A DNA stretch of 64,000 bases from NCBI RefSeq assembly GCF_041146345.1, contig NW_027191404.1:1302001-1366000 (forward strand), read 5' to 3'. A program made the position numbers and the translations under genes. Below, one piece after another: positions 1 to 11,169 of the stretch. This DNA comes from Neodothiora populina. Lineage: Eukaryota. Each line of letters begins with the position of its first letter. Positions within the stretch are counted from its first letter, which is position 1. Under the pieces are notes generated by a model that was not told the origin of the DNA, did not search any database, and saw nothing but the letters and a program-made list of their open reading frames with translations.

Positions 1-29
1 CTTCGAGATATTCACTAATCCTCGCATAG

Positions 30-633
30 GACTACGCTCCCCGAGCAAGTTACGAGAAACTACATGGAGTTCATCTATGCCAACTACCCTGGTGGATCCT
101 TCGACACTCGTCCCTTGAACTTCAGTGATGTTTCGGCTACCTTGTCGATTCGCAAGTTCCTCTTGCAGAAAGTCTTCGAGACATTTCCTGAGCGAAAGTT
201 CATCCTCGTTGCGGATACTAGCAACAGCGATGTCATGAAGGATTATCCCCTAATGGCCACTGAGTTTCCTGGACAAGTGCAGTGCATTTTCTTGAGAAAC
301 ACCAGCGGCACCGATCCGGGTGATAAATTCCCCTACGATACTTCTGGATTCAAGGATCTGAACCAGTCGATGTACATGTTCTTCTTACACCCCGATGATC
401 TCACCAACTTGGATATCGCCAATGGCCAGTGCTACAACCAGTCAATTCCTCAAAACCTCACCTTCGGTTATCAAGGACTTCCTCTGGGTCTGGGTTCTGA
501 CCCTACTGCAATCAATGGATCGGCAAACCACACTGGAGCTGCTGCTGGATTGTCCACTAAGGAGACGGCCAGCGCACAAAGCTTGATGGCCCTCGTTGCA
601 GCACTGTTCGCTGCAACGTTCATGTTCTTGTAG
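30..633 (+). CDS. Phosphatidate phosphatase APP1-like (DUF2183) protein, last exon only; hydrophobic GPI-like C-terminus
   Basis: Branch CTAAT and TAG acceptor at 27-29. The frame reads TTLPEQVTRNYMEFI...ETFPERKFILVADTS...FPGQVQCIFLR, typical of the APP1 catalytic domain. It ends in LMALVAALFAATFMFL. Confidence 0.65.
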
Positions 634-1634
634 GACCACGCAGATACGACTAACGTTCATAATGTACATAGCTTTTGTAAATTCTAGATCATGCGTTCTT
701 GATCATCTCCCAACAAAATTGGTCTTTCAACACTCGAGCATAGTTGAGTGCTATCATCCGCGCAGATTGTCATCACGCACATCTATGGGCTAACTGTCGT
801 CCAAGTTTTCTGCTCGCAGGTAGTCCTGCTCAAATGAGGGGTGCCTGCGTGCAAGCAGATGGATCTGCAGGACACTTGGTTCATTCGATGCTTGTAAGCC
901 CATGCAAAAGCGAATATCGACTTGCCGGACATCAAAGAAGTGAAGTCAAAGATAGAGTATTGTCCCGAACCGACAAAATAACGACTGTGCGTAAGGTGAT
1001 AACGCTCGGGCCGTTATGGAGAGACCCTCGGAGTTTCGACACAAACCGAACAACGCTCGCCAAAGCACTGGTACAAGCTTACTATCACAACATATCGGCC
1101 ATCTCCGTTTCGTCGACTAATGCTTTGCTCTAGACTTTCGCCGGATCTCTGAATGCTATGAGAGCACAAGTGCTGATCTCCCCTTCTCGACTGCTGATGC
1201 CGTATAGCCCTGTGAACATACTGCTAAAATTTATGTAACATCTACTTCTGAGGTGGATGGTGCATTTCAACAACAGCGAACCGAGGATCAGGGCACATCA
1301 CGATTGGCCAGTTGTGACCTGTCTAACACACTTTACACAGATGCTCTCGCCTTTTTACCTTCGTGGCAGGTCACGCTTGCCGACTATACTCCTCGGCTGA
1401 TTGATAATACCTCATACATTTCAATGACTCCCACAATTCGAGTGAGACTTGTTGCACTTCGCGAAAATGGTCCCAACATGACTGACAATCGGCTTGCGAT
1501 TTCGGAGGTCGGGACTGTGAATCACATTGTTTTCTTACTGTATAAGGAGCTCTGAGTCCTTTCACTTTTTCGAAGTATGAGTCTTCGCCAGCTATCTTAC
1601 TCATAGATCTTTGAATCTCGACGGTAACGCGACC

Positions 1635-3584
1635 ATGGCTGAGCACACAAGTGGAGCGACAGAGTGAGTATCAGGCCTTCCTACCTGTACGCATCGACTC
1701 GTCCCTAATTATCCACAATAGAGTACAGGCGCAGACCTTGGAATCATACATCCACAAAGATGCGGCCGCAGAAGTTGATCCTATCTCTAAGACGGAAGTC
1801 GAATATGATGGAACTGTATCCATTGCAACTGACGACGATCGAGTCACTCCCGATGGCGATGAACCAACCGAAAAGGAGCTACAGACTCTACGCAAAGTTG
1901 CGGACAAGCTGCCCTGGTCTGCCTATCTCGTAGCAGTCGTCGAGCTCTGCGAAAGGTTCACCTATTATGGCCTTTCGGGTCCATTTCAGAATTATATGGC
2001 CAATAGCTATCACGACCCCAATGGTCTTCCTGGTGCTATTGGGCTAAGTCAGCACGGATCTACAGCACTTAGCGATTTCTTCCAATTCTTCTGTTATGTC
2101 ACCCCTATCCTTGGAGCGGTCATCTCCGATCAATACCTAGGCAAATACTGGACCATCTTTCACTTTTCCATCATTTACATCATTGGCAACCTCATCCTGT
2201 TTCTGACGTCTTTACCCGTAGCGATCGAGAACGGTGCTGCGCTGGGTGGCCTTGTCACAGCAATGATCGTTATCGGCTTGGGTACTGGTGGTATAAAGAG
2301 TAACGTCTCGCCACTCATTGCGGAGCAATACACAAACACTGCACCCTACCTAAGAACCCTGAAGTCGGGCGAGAGAGTGATTGTAGATCCAACTGCTACT
2401 ATTCAGAGGATCTACATGATTTTCTATGCCACGATCAACATCGGTTCTCTTTCCAGTATCGCTACTACTGAGCTCGAAAAGAATGTTGGCTTTTGGCCCG
2501 CCTATCTTCTGCCTCTGCTGTTCTTCTTCGTTGGCTTCGCAGCGCTTGTCATTGGAAAGAAGAAGTATGTCGTGAAGCCACCGCAAGGGTCAATTATTCC
2601 GAAGGCCTTCAAGATCATCTGGATTGCTCTCGTAAATAAGGGCAACTTCAATGCGGCGAAGCCGGAGTATCAGGAAGAGCTGGGGGCAAGACGCAAATTC
2701 GAGTTAAGCTGGGATAGCGTCTTTGTTGATGAAGTCAGACGTGCCTTGACTGCTTGCAAAGTCTTTGCTTTCTACCCGATTTACTGGGTTGTGTATTCGG
2801 TATGCTAGAGGCACATTACGATGAGAATTCAAGCTAACAATAAAACTAGCAAATGTTGAACAATTTCGTCACGCAGGCCGGTACCATGCAGCTGCATGGT
2901 ATTCCCAACGACATCATGCAAAATATCGATCCTATCACTGTCATCATATTTATCCCCATCTGCGATTATCTGGTCTACCCAGGACTTCGCAAGATTGGTA
3001 TTCAGTTCAAACCAATCACTAGGATTACATGGGGTTTCTTCTTTGGTGCATTTGCGATGGCTTATGCCGCAGGTGTGCAGAAGCTCATATACTCTACTGG
3101 TCCTTGCTACGATCGTCCTGCTGCTTGTCCAGCTGCTCTCCAGCCAGACGGAACTTACGCTCCTAACAACGTCCACGTTGCCGTTCAGACTCCTGCTTAC
3201 TTACTGATCGGTCTGTCCGAAATTCTCGCGTCCATTACCGGACTCGAATATGCCTACACCAAGGCTCCAAGCACGATGAAGAGTTTCATCATGTCAATGT
3301 TCCTACTTACAAATGCAGGAGGGTCTGCCTTGGCGATAGCACTTACTCCTACTGCAGTGGATCCAAAACTTACTTGGATGTATGTTGGTCTGACAATCGC
3401 TTGTTTCTTGGCCGGTTGTGTGTTCTGGATCTTATTCAGCAGATACAACAAGACTGAGGAAGAAATGAACGGGCTTGACAAATTTACCGTCAAAGCTACA
3501 CCTGTCGGCGAGGACATGGACGGCGAGAAGGGTTTACGAAAGACTATGAGTGCAACGTCAATCGCTGTCTCTTCCAGCGCTTAG
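1635..3584 (+). CDS. PTR2: POT/PTR family di/tripeptide transporter, 3 exons (introns ~1664-1721, 2800-2849)
   Basis: ELCERFTYYG (ExxERFxYY) motif, GLGTGGIKSNVS, FYATINIGSL, GLEYAYTKAPSTMKS; multiple TM segments; canonical splice signals. Confidence 0.92.
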
Positions 3585-3843
3585 ACGATTGCTGTAACTT
3601 TCGATGCTTCAGTATACTGCATGATAATGACAAGTCTTTGGGAATGCCAAGACATATAGTGATCCTGTGCCAAGAACGCTAGTATGACCACCTTACCATA
3701 CCTTATCCAAGGCTATTTTACGACTCGTAGGTCACAAGATGTCTTGAGTAGAATCGTTTGAGTATAGTGCTGTATAATGTGAGGCGTGAAGCAAGGTGCA
3801 ATCATTCAAGGTGTCGTTTCACCTCTAATCTCACGGTCTTACG

Positions 3844-6415
3844 ATGGAAGCAGCGCCTCCGACATACGAGAAGGCTACCGCACCTCAGAAGTGGGATCTT
3901 ATTGCGCAGTATCTCCCTTCTAACGACCTATGCTCAGCTGCACTAGTATGCGAAGAATGGCATACTGTATTTGCACCTCATCTATGGGGAAACCCTGCCT
4001 CGCACTTCGGAACGGAGAATGACCGAGTCTACGGTCCGTAGAAGGCGTCTCTAGTATTGTTTACCTGCGTATAGCTTACGATCATTGATAGTTGCTTTGA
4101 CGAAATTCCAACGAACATTACTATGGGCTCGTCTCCATGTCCGGTCGTTGACTCATACTTTGCATATGCCTCCGGCTCATGCTCAGATCTACTATGGTCC
4201 GCATGCTGATTGGTTGAGAGAAGTGCTTCATCGCCTGCCGAATCTACAATCACTGATTGTTAGGGGACTTCCATTTTTCGATCATGCCTCTCTCAATGCT
4301 CTGAGGTGCGTTCAACCTGTTGGTGGAGAGGGCTACCAGTTTGCGAGGGCTTTTGGGCTACGTCTCCTGGATGCCTCGAGATGTGCGAACACGACTGCAA
4401 TCGGCCTGAGCCAAGCTTTGGATAGATTCCCGTTCATGCTCTATTTGGACCTGTCGTTCACTTTTCCTGCCCGCGACCATGCAGTCTTAAAGAAACTACG
4501 ATCGATGACTGGTTTACAAGTGCTGAAGTTACGAGGCATATCTCTGCGAGACGAAGACGTTGAAGTGCTAGCTCCTGCTATCTCTACGAGGATCAAGTCA
4601 TTAGATATGAGAGATAATCAACTTACAGATCGTGGCGTGCATGCGCTAATCCAGCATTGCTTTTCGCCGCAGAGATCGCAAAATACGTCTACATTTTCTG
4701 CTTTCGGCGATCGATCTCCTTCCCTCCTGCGCTATCTTGGCGCGGAGATGTTTGCTATCTATAGAGGCGAGCAGTACGAGGCTTACATACGGAAGGCTTT
4801 CACCATAGGATTCGTAAATCGTCTTGCTATTGAAGATACCCCGGAAAGTGGAACGGGCATTACGCATCTTGCTGTCTCTAGCAACCGAATTACCGTCAAA
4901 GGCGCGTCCGAGCTGATCAAATCAGGAAGGCTCAATGTCCTCGACATCGGCTTTGTTGCGCCTGATCTGGAAGGATATGCCCTCGAGAGTATGGATAATT
5001 TGGCATACCCGGGAGCAGAGAAGCTAATCTCCGTCCTCATTGAGTCAGCCGGTCGTACACTCACTTTCCTCCGAATAGATCATCGATTGGTCACAGAAGC
5101 AACATCGACAGAGCTCGACGATCTGGAGATGTCGTCCGGACTCGCGGAGCTTCCTGATTATCAACCAAGTGTGCTGCCACGAGGCATCGCTGAGTTACCG
5201 GCCGAATCCATCTATGAGTTGCCAGCTGACGTACCAGAACGGACTGAACTTGCTGGAGATAGTGTTCATACGCCCACCGTCTTGGCGGGCATGCAGGCCC
5301 CGAGCCACAGGGCAGAAGATACTGCAGAGTACCGTGCACGTCGTGAAAGCGAGATAGCACCAGAAGTTGCTGATCCGCCCGGATACGAGGATGTGACTAG
5401 CCATGGGACCGCCGGTCCTCTTTCGTACGCATTCGACATCGCAAAAGCACGTCGAGGTAGCGAAGTAGCGCCTGAACCGTTCGATCCTCCACAATACGAG
5501 TCTGATCACTCTATCCCCCTATCGACTGCCCCGGTGATCTCGCCACTAGACGAAGGCCCTAGCAGAACTGTCTCCAGTACCACCAGCACTATACCTCACA
5601 GAGGTCGACAACGATCTTACTCGTCGGTAGTATCGGAGAGAATGTCTCGAGTCAAGACACACCTGACTGAGTCGAAGCTATACCCAGGTGCTTTACCGCG
5701 TCTGACGAATCTGGTACTTACCGACGTACCACCGTTCGCTCCCACTCCAGTCATAGGAGAGCGTCTGGTGGAATTTATCCATGATTGTGCCGATGAGACT
5801 AGACTTGCCCAGTTACAGGCGCAACTCGACTATACAATACCACCGGGCAGGAAACAAAGCCAGACCGCTCTACTCACGCGAGCGAATACACTTTTCCCGC
5901 TACAAGAGATAGTATTGGAAATGGCTCACGACGAACCACGGAAACCCAAAGGCGCCGCCAGTACATGGAGACATCACGGCACCAAGTCAGTTACGCAAGA
6001 CCACGATAGTGAGGCCCTAGCGGCAGCAGCAGACACTGATTTCTCATTCTTCGGCGAGTACGACGACGAAATGCCCAGTCTCGAACCCACACAATCAGTG
6101 CCGTTTCCCGCCATGTCAGGACTAGAAGTTGGCATTGCCCCTTCACCTGCTTTACCCCCGCAGTACGAGGACGAAGCTCCAGTGCAACCACGTCATGATG
6201 TCATTGCTAAGATCGCAGAGTTCCGTAAATCGAAGAAGGCAGCTTATCAAGCTGTGATTGCTTGCGGCGAGGAGCAGCCGAATGTCGAGGGTTATTGGGG
6301 TGGGAATGTCAAGGTCATTCGTCCGTCGAAATTGGCGAACCCGATGGATGAGGACGATGAGGTTGTCGCGGATTATTATGGTAACGTGCACTCGACTGGA
6401 GGCATCTATCGATAG
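3844..6415 (+). CDS. F-box-like / leucine-rich-repeat protein, intron ~4034-4091
   Basis: N-terminal WDLIAQYLPSNDLCSAALVCEEWH resembles an F-box. LRR-type segments LPNLQSLIV, LRLLDAS, LQVLKLRG, IKSLDMRDNQLT, ITHLAVSSNRIT. Confidence 0.7.
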
Positions 6416-6651
6416 TATAAGGGCAAAGCAAGAGCTTCTGGCTCGTCTTTCGGCTAAATGTCGCCGAGGTGCGGCATTCATTCAATTTGCGAACAGCCAC
6501 ACATAAGTCATGTCGTGGTCAAAGTCACGGTAGTCTTCTCAATCAACGTAAGACTCCATAATGAGACATGTCCAATCATTAGAACCCCGCCTCGTGATTC
6601 CTGCTCCTCATCATACATAATCATCATCATCAAATCATTCTTTAGCCCAGC

Positions 6652-7797
6652 CTAAAGCTGACCAGAAGGCACTTCATAAGGACCATACCCCGGTCTGGGG
6701 AACCTCGGACTCCCATCCTCATTCCAACCAAACCTCTGCGTCCTAATCGTCCTCGCACTCCATCCATGCGTCGGATCCCTCATACCATGATAAACAATCC
6801 AATCCTCAGTCGCATCCGGACTCTTGACAAAACTCGCATGCCCGACTCCATACGCCTCCTCGCGCGGATTCTGGTAAAACACACAGCCACGCGTATCCTT
6901 GCGCCAATCCGCCGGGGTCATAGGATCGTCTCCCACGAGCTCGAGTAGTCCAAGACAGTAATTCCGATTATCGGAGCGCGCGGCACTGTAGATTACGAAA
7001 TTCTGGCCCGTGGCTGCGTTGACTAATTGCTGCGGTCCTTCGTTGGACGAAAGCCGGTCGTTGACGGCGCGGCCATACGGTGTCTTCTCCCATGCTTGGT
7101 CCGGCACACTGATGATTTGGCGGTCTGTGAAGTTCGAGGACACGGTCCAGGGGTCGGAGAATTTGGAGATGCAGAGGTTAGAGGGCCAGGATGAGTACGC
7201 GTCGTACCAGCATGAGTAGATGTGGTATAGCCCTGTATCGTGCTGGAAGTAGGTCCCGTCGATGGCGAATTGGTCGTACGTGTCGAGTTGGCCTTTGAGC
7301 GTGTATGCCGAGTCCCAGGGGTCACTGGATGACCCTTCAAGAACGTACATTCTGTGGAAGACGGCGGGACAATTAAAGGGGCAGAACATGTCTATCTGTG
7401 GCGAGGGCGTGTCGTTGTTGGGGTCTGCGGTCAAGATTATGTACCATTTCCCGTTGAGGTTATGCAGTTCTGGAGCCCATAAGTCTGTCGAATAGGGCAT
7501 ATCTGGGGGAGGCTGGAATGCTAGTTTCACATCCGCTGCGTCCCAGTCTGTGAGGAACGGACTTCGCAGGATGGTTATGTTATCATTCGTGGTATATGTC
7601 ATGTAATAGTAGTCACCGTGACGAATGACCCACGGGTCTGCGCCGACTTTGTTCAGGATCGGGTTCATATATGTGGTGTTGGAAGATGAGGAAGAGGAGG
7701 AATTGGTATACTGGGCAGAAGTGATGGCGCAAAAGAGCGAGCACAGGAGGCAAGCAAAGCCAGGCCATACTCGCTTTTGTCTTTGTGAACGATACAT
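6652..7797 (-). CDS. Secreted glycoside hydrolase family 43 (alpha-L-arabinofuranosidase-like)
   Basis: Signal peptide; GH43 motifs ADPW, LWAPELH, AIDGT, NEGP, GVGHASF, DWIVYH. Confidence 0.9.
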   Translation of the reverse strand: MYRSQRQKRVWPGFACLLCSLFCAITSAQYTNSSSSSSSNTTYMNPILNKVGADPWVIRHGDYYYMTYTTNDNITILRSPFLTDWDAADVKLAFQPPPDMPYSTDLWAPELHNLNGKWYIILTADPNNDTPSPQIDMFCPFNCPAVFHRMYVLEGSSSDPWDSAYTLKGQLDTYDQFAIDGTYFQHDTGLYHIYSCWYDAYSSWPSNLCISKFSDPWTVSSNFTDRQIISVPDQAWEKTPYGRAVNDRLSSNEGPQQLVNAATGQNFVIYSAARSDNRNYCLGLLELVGDDPMTPADWRKDTRGCVFYQNPREEAYGVGHASFVKSPDATEDWIVYHGMRDPTHGWSARTIRTQRFGWNEDGSPRFPRPGYGPYEVPSGQL

Positions 7798-8252
7798 TGT
7801 GCTGCTCTCACATTTCGATAGAACAGAAAGACCCGACAGGCGGCGGGCTGTACACCTTACTTATGTCCTTCGAGAGGATTGGCGATCAATGTAACATTGC
7901 AATAGATCACCGTTTCCCCTCATCAATGGTACATGTACCTTGCATTTCATGTACTATATGGTACAATATTTTTCCCCGTCTCCGTCATTCATGATGGATG
8001 AAGGTGGAGTTTCCGGAAGCCAAGACGAAGCCTAGTCGATTCCCCCAGATGCTTTTAGCCGACCCCTACCACAGACCATGTCGCGAATCAGATAGACTCC
8101 ATATCATCTCAAGTCAATCGATCGGCACCAGATGTGACTTGGCCTTGAAACCAAGAAACGTTGGATTGTGTGTTGAGTGAGGGCCTCGAAGTGAGATGCG
8201 ATGTGAATGATACAATAATATTGATACAATTGGACGATGGAATATTTCGTCC

Positions 8253-9657
8253 TCACTTTCGTCGGTTCATGACCTTTTCGCACATCTCCAAAAGTCCGGA
8301 TTTAGCTTGACTGTCCGGGAAAGACGAGATGGCCTGTCGGGCTCTATCGACATACTCGCGGGCCATTGCGCGAGTCTGCTCGATACCGTCGCTCTGGATG
8401 ACGAGATCTCGGGCCTGCGAAACATTAGCATATACTGTAGTCTCATTCAGCAGCAATACTCACTCTCTGTTGATCACCATCCTCGGCGAAACGTCTTCCG
8501 ACGAGCTTGCCGAGTTCCTTGTTCTCTTTCCACGCGAACAGCAACGGTGCAGTCGCCAGACCCAGCTCCAAGTCAGCTCCAGCCGGTTTACCCAGCTCTT
8601 GACCGCTGATAGTGTAATCTAACATGTCATCCACAAGCTGGAATGCGAGACCCAGATTCTTGCCATATTGGTATGCGGATTCGACAACGTCCGGGGTACA
8701 GTCCCCGAGGATAGCAGCAGCGCGGCAAGATTTGCTAATAAGAGAAGCGGACTTGAGGTAGGTCTTCTGGAGGTAGTATTCGACAGTGTCCTCGCTCCAC
8801 ACCGGGTTGCGCTCGTCAGTTGCTGTGTTCTTGAGTTGCATGAACTCTCCCTCGACCAGGTTTGCGATGACGGTTGCCAGAAGTTCGGTAACCTCGGGAT
8901 CTCTTAGACGTGCAAGCGCAACTGATGCACGACCCAACATGAAGTCTCCAGCTAGTACTGCCATCTTGTTTCCAAATTCGACATTCGCAGAAGGAGCGCC
9001 TCGTCGGGACACTGAGTGATCGATGACATCGTCGTGAAGTAGGGAAGCGGTGTGGATAAGCTCGGTGATCTCTGCCAGTCGACGTTGAGAAGGGAGGACA
9101 GAGTCATCCGCTAGATCCTCTCCGACAGGTGGTGAGGTCAATGGCGAGGAAGGATTGGCGTCAGCGAGAACGGCAGAAGGAGAAATTGGCGCATCCACAC
9201 TGAGCAGTGTTGAGGAAGGCACGTCGCGCAATGCTTTCGCTGTCAAGGCAGTTGCCTGCGACATGAGAAGTACCAGTGTGGGGCGGACATATTTGCCTTC
9301 GGATTGCGAATAGTATTTTGACACAGTATCGAGCATGGGATGGCCGGATCCCAGCAATTGTTTGATGTTTCCGGTCAGAAACTTGAGTTCCTTAGCAACA
9401 CTTCTCAACGGATCGATACCCAAAGGACCCGGCGGAGGAGCTCCACTGCCAAACATCTGCTTGGCTGCTGACACCGCCGCTGCCACCGACGACTGGTGTC
9501 TTCTTTGGCCAATCTCATAGCGAGCGCCGAGAGTCGCGGGGACGCCATTGCGAGCGACCGGTCCTGCGCATTCCGGACATGATCGAAGTTGTATCCGAGG
9601 ACGATGTGCGGCGAACGATGTGGTGAGCGTGGACGCTCGAGCTCGAAGAGCAGGCAT
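8253..9657 (-). CDS. COQ1: Polyprenyl (hexaprenyl-type) diphosphate synthase, intron 8415-8463
   Basis: ELIHTASLLHDDVID (FARM), AFQLVDDMLD (SARM), GNKMAVLAGDF, GKPAGADL; N-terminus resembles a mitochondrial presequence. Confidence 0.93.
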
Positions 9658-10090
9658 TATATTGTTGTAGTGCAACCGGTGGGTTATGCCCTCACGTATA
9701 TGTGCTTCTTCAGACCGTCAAAGATGGGCAACTCTGTAAACGCCGTTCGCGCCAGGAGCGATTGCAAGGTGAATTAAAGTAGAAAAGAAAGATATGGCAA
9801 CAATTGAACAACACAACCTCAGAAGCTCTCGATGGCAATGGATGATGCTTCAATGCTTCCACCGTGGATTTGTTGGAGATTTTGCGGATGCAATCGGCGT
9901 TAACAAGTCCCGACGACTTTATCAGGTCCAAGCTTCAATGATTCGAGATTCGAGATGCAGATCTCGCGGATTGATTATTGAATCACAGTTCAGGAACAGA
10001 GCATATTACAGCTAAGGTATGCGGTAACCAGGGCAGAAGAAACATGCTGTTTGCTTTACTTTTACTCACACCTTCAACGACTCTCTCCGA

Positions 10091-10960
10091 ATGGTTCTCC
10101 TCACCATCACTCCTGCTGCAAAGACTGCCATAGATCGCTATAATGCCGTGACAGACTCTCGCACGCTGTCCTCTCGTGATGATGTTGATGCGCTCGATGA
10201 GCCTTCATTGATAGACGTATCTGTCGGGGACCCTGTATCCCATACACAATTGCTGCGCATATCCGACCAATTTAGACAGCGCAATGCCCAAGCTCCTGGT
10301 GCTCACTCGGTCACTGACCTGGAAGTGGCCCGTCTGGATGCATTGCTAAGAGGCTCCAAGATCCATACTCCTCCACCCAAACCCAAGCCAGAGCCGGTAT
10401 GTATCTTGACATTACATTCTTACCTGATCTACCTTACGCTGATAATTCTTTCTGTACCCCAGAGCCCTCAATATGTTGCACTTATGGCCAAGTTACGCCG
10501 GGAAGAAGAAGAGCGTGCCTATGAGAGGATGATAAACCCTCCACTCCCTACCGAAACCTTTTCTCAGCGCTTCCCCAGTGCAGCGCCAGCTATACCTGTG
10601 AAAGTAGAAGATGATGAGGTGGTATATGCAGACGTCAACAGGCAGTTGGCTCTTATTGTCAACGTCCTTGTATCTGTCATTGCTTGCAGTATTGCCATCT
10701 GGATTGCTGCACGTCACTGGAGCGTCCCGCAGAGGCTGGCTTTGAGCATGGGTGGAAGCGGCCTGGTGGCTGCTGCGGAGATAGTCATCTTCTCCGGCTA
10801 CATAAGGCGGGTGAGGGAAGCGAAACAACTGGAAGGTCGCAGAATTGAAACGAAGGAGGTGATGGAAACTTGGGTCATCGACAAGAAAGAATTACACGGC
10901 GGAGGTCCGGTAGCTGGTGATCTCCGTTATAGGAAACCTGTAAAAGGGAAACACAGATAG
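10091..10960 (+). CDS. VMA12: V-ATPase assembly factor Vma12/Vph2 (TMEM199), probable in-frame intron 10397-10462
   Basis: MVLLTIT start; LLRGSKIH..P...QYVALMAKLR.E.EERAYERM; two TM helices (VNRQLALIVNVLVSV...). Confidence 0.8.
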   Translation: MVLLTITPAAKTAIDRYNAVTDSRTLSSRDDVDALDEPSLIDVSVGDPVSHTQLLRISDQFRQRNAQAPGAHSVTDLEVARLDALLRGSKIHTPPPKPKPEPVCILTLHSYLIYLTLIILSVPQSPQYVALMAKLRREEEERAYERMINPPLPTETFSQRFPSAAPAIPVKVEDDEVVYADVNRQLALIVNVLVSVIACSIAIWIAARHWSVPQRLALSMGGSGLVAAAEIVIFSGYIRRVREAKQLEGRRIETKEVMETWVIDKKELHGGGPVAGDLRYRKPVKGKHR

Positions 10961-11169
10961 ACTTTGCCCTCATCTTTCAAAATCCATCCCACGTGATGCG
11001 ACATGAATCTGACTTTCTTGTTCGCCTGCTTGTCAATTATTCCGTATCATAACAGCGTGCACTCGATTAGATATTGTCTGAAGATGTCTTTGAGCTTCTA
11101 AAGCCTTGTAAGCAACAATGCATATCGTTACGATCATCTCAAGTAGGGTCAACTCCCGTAACCACAAAG

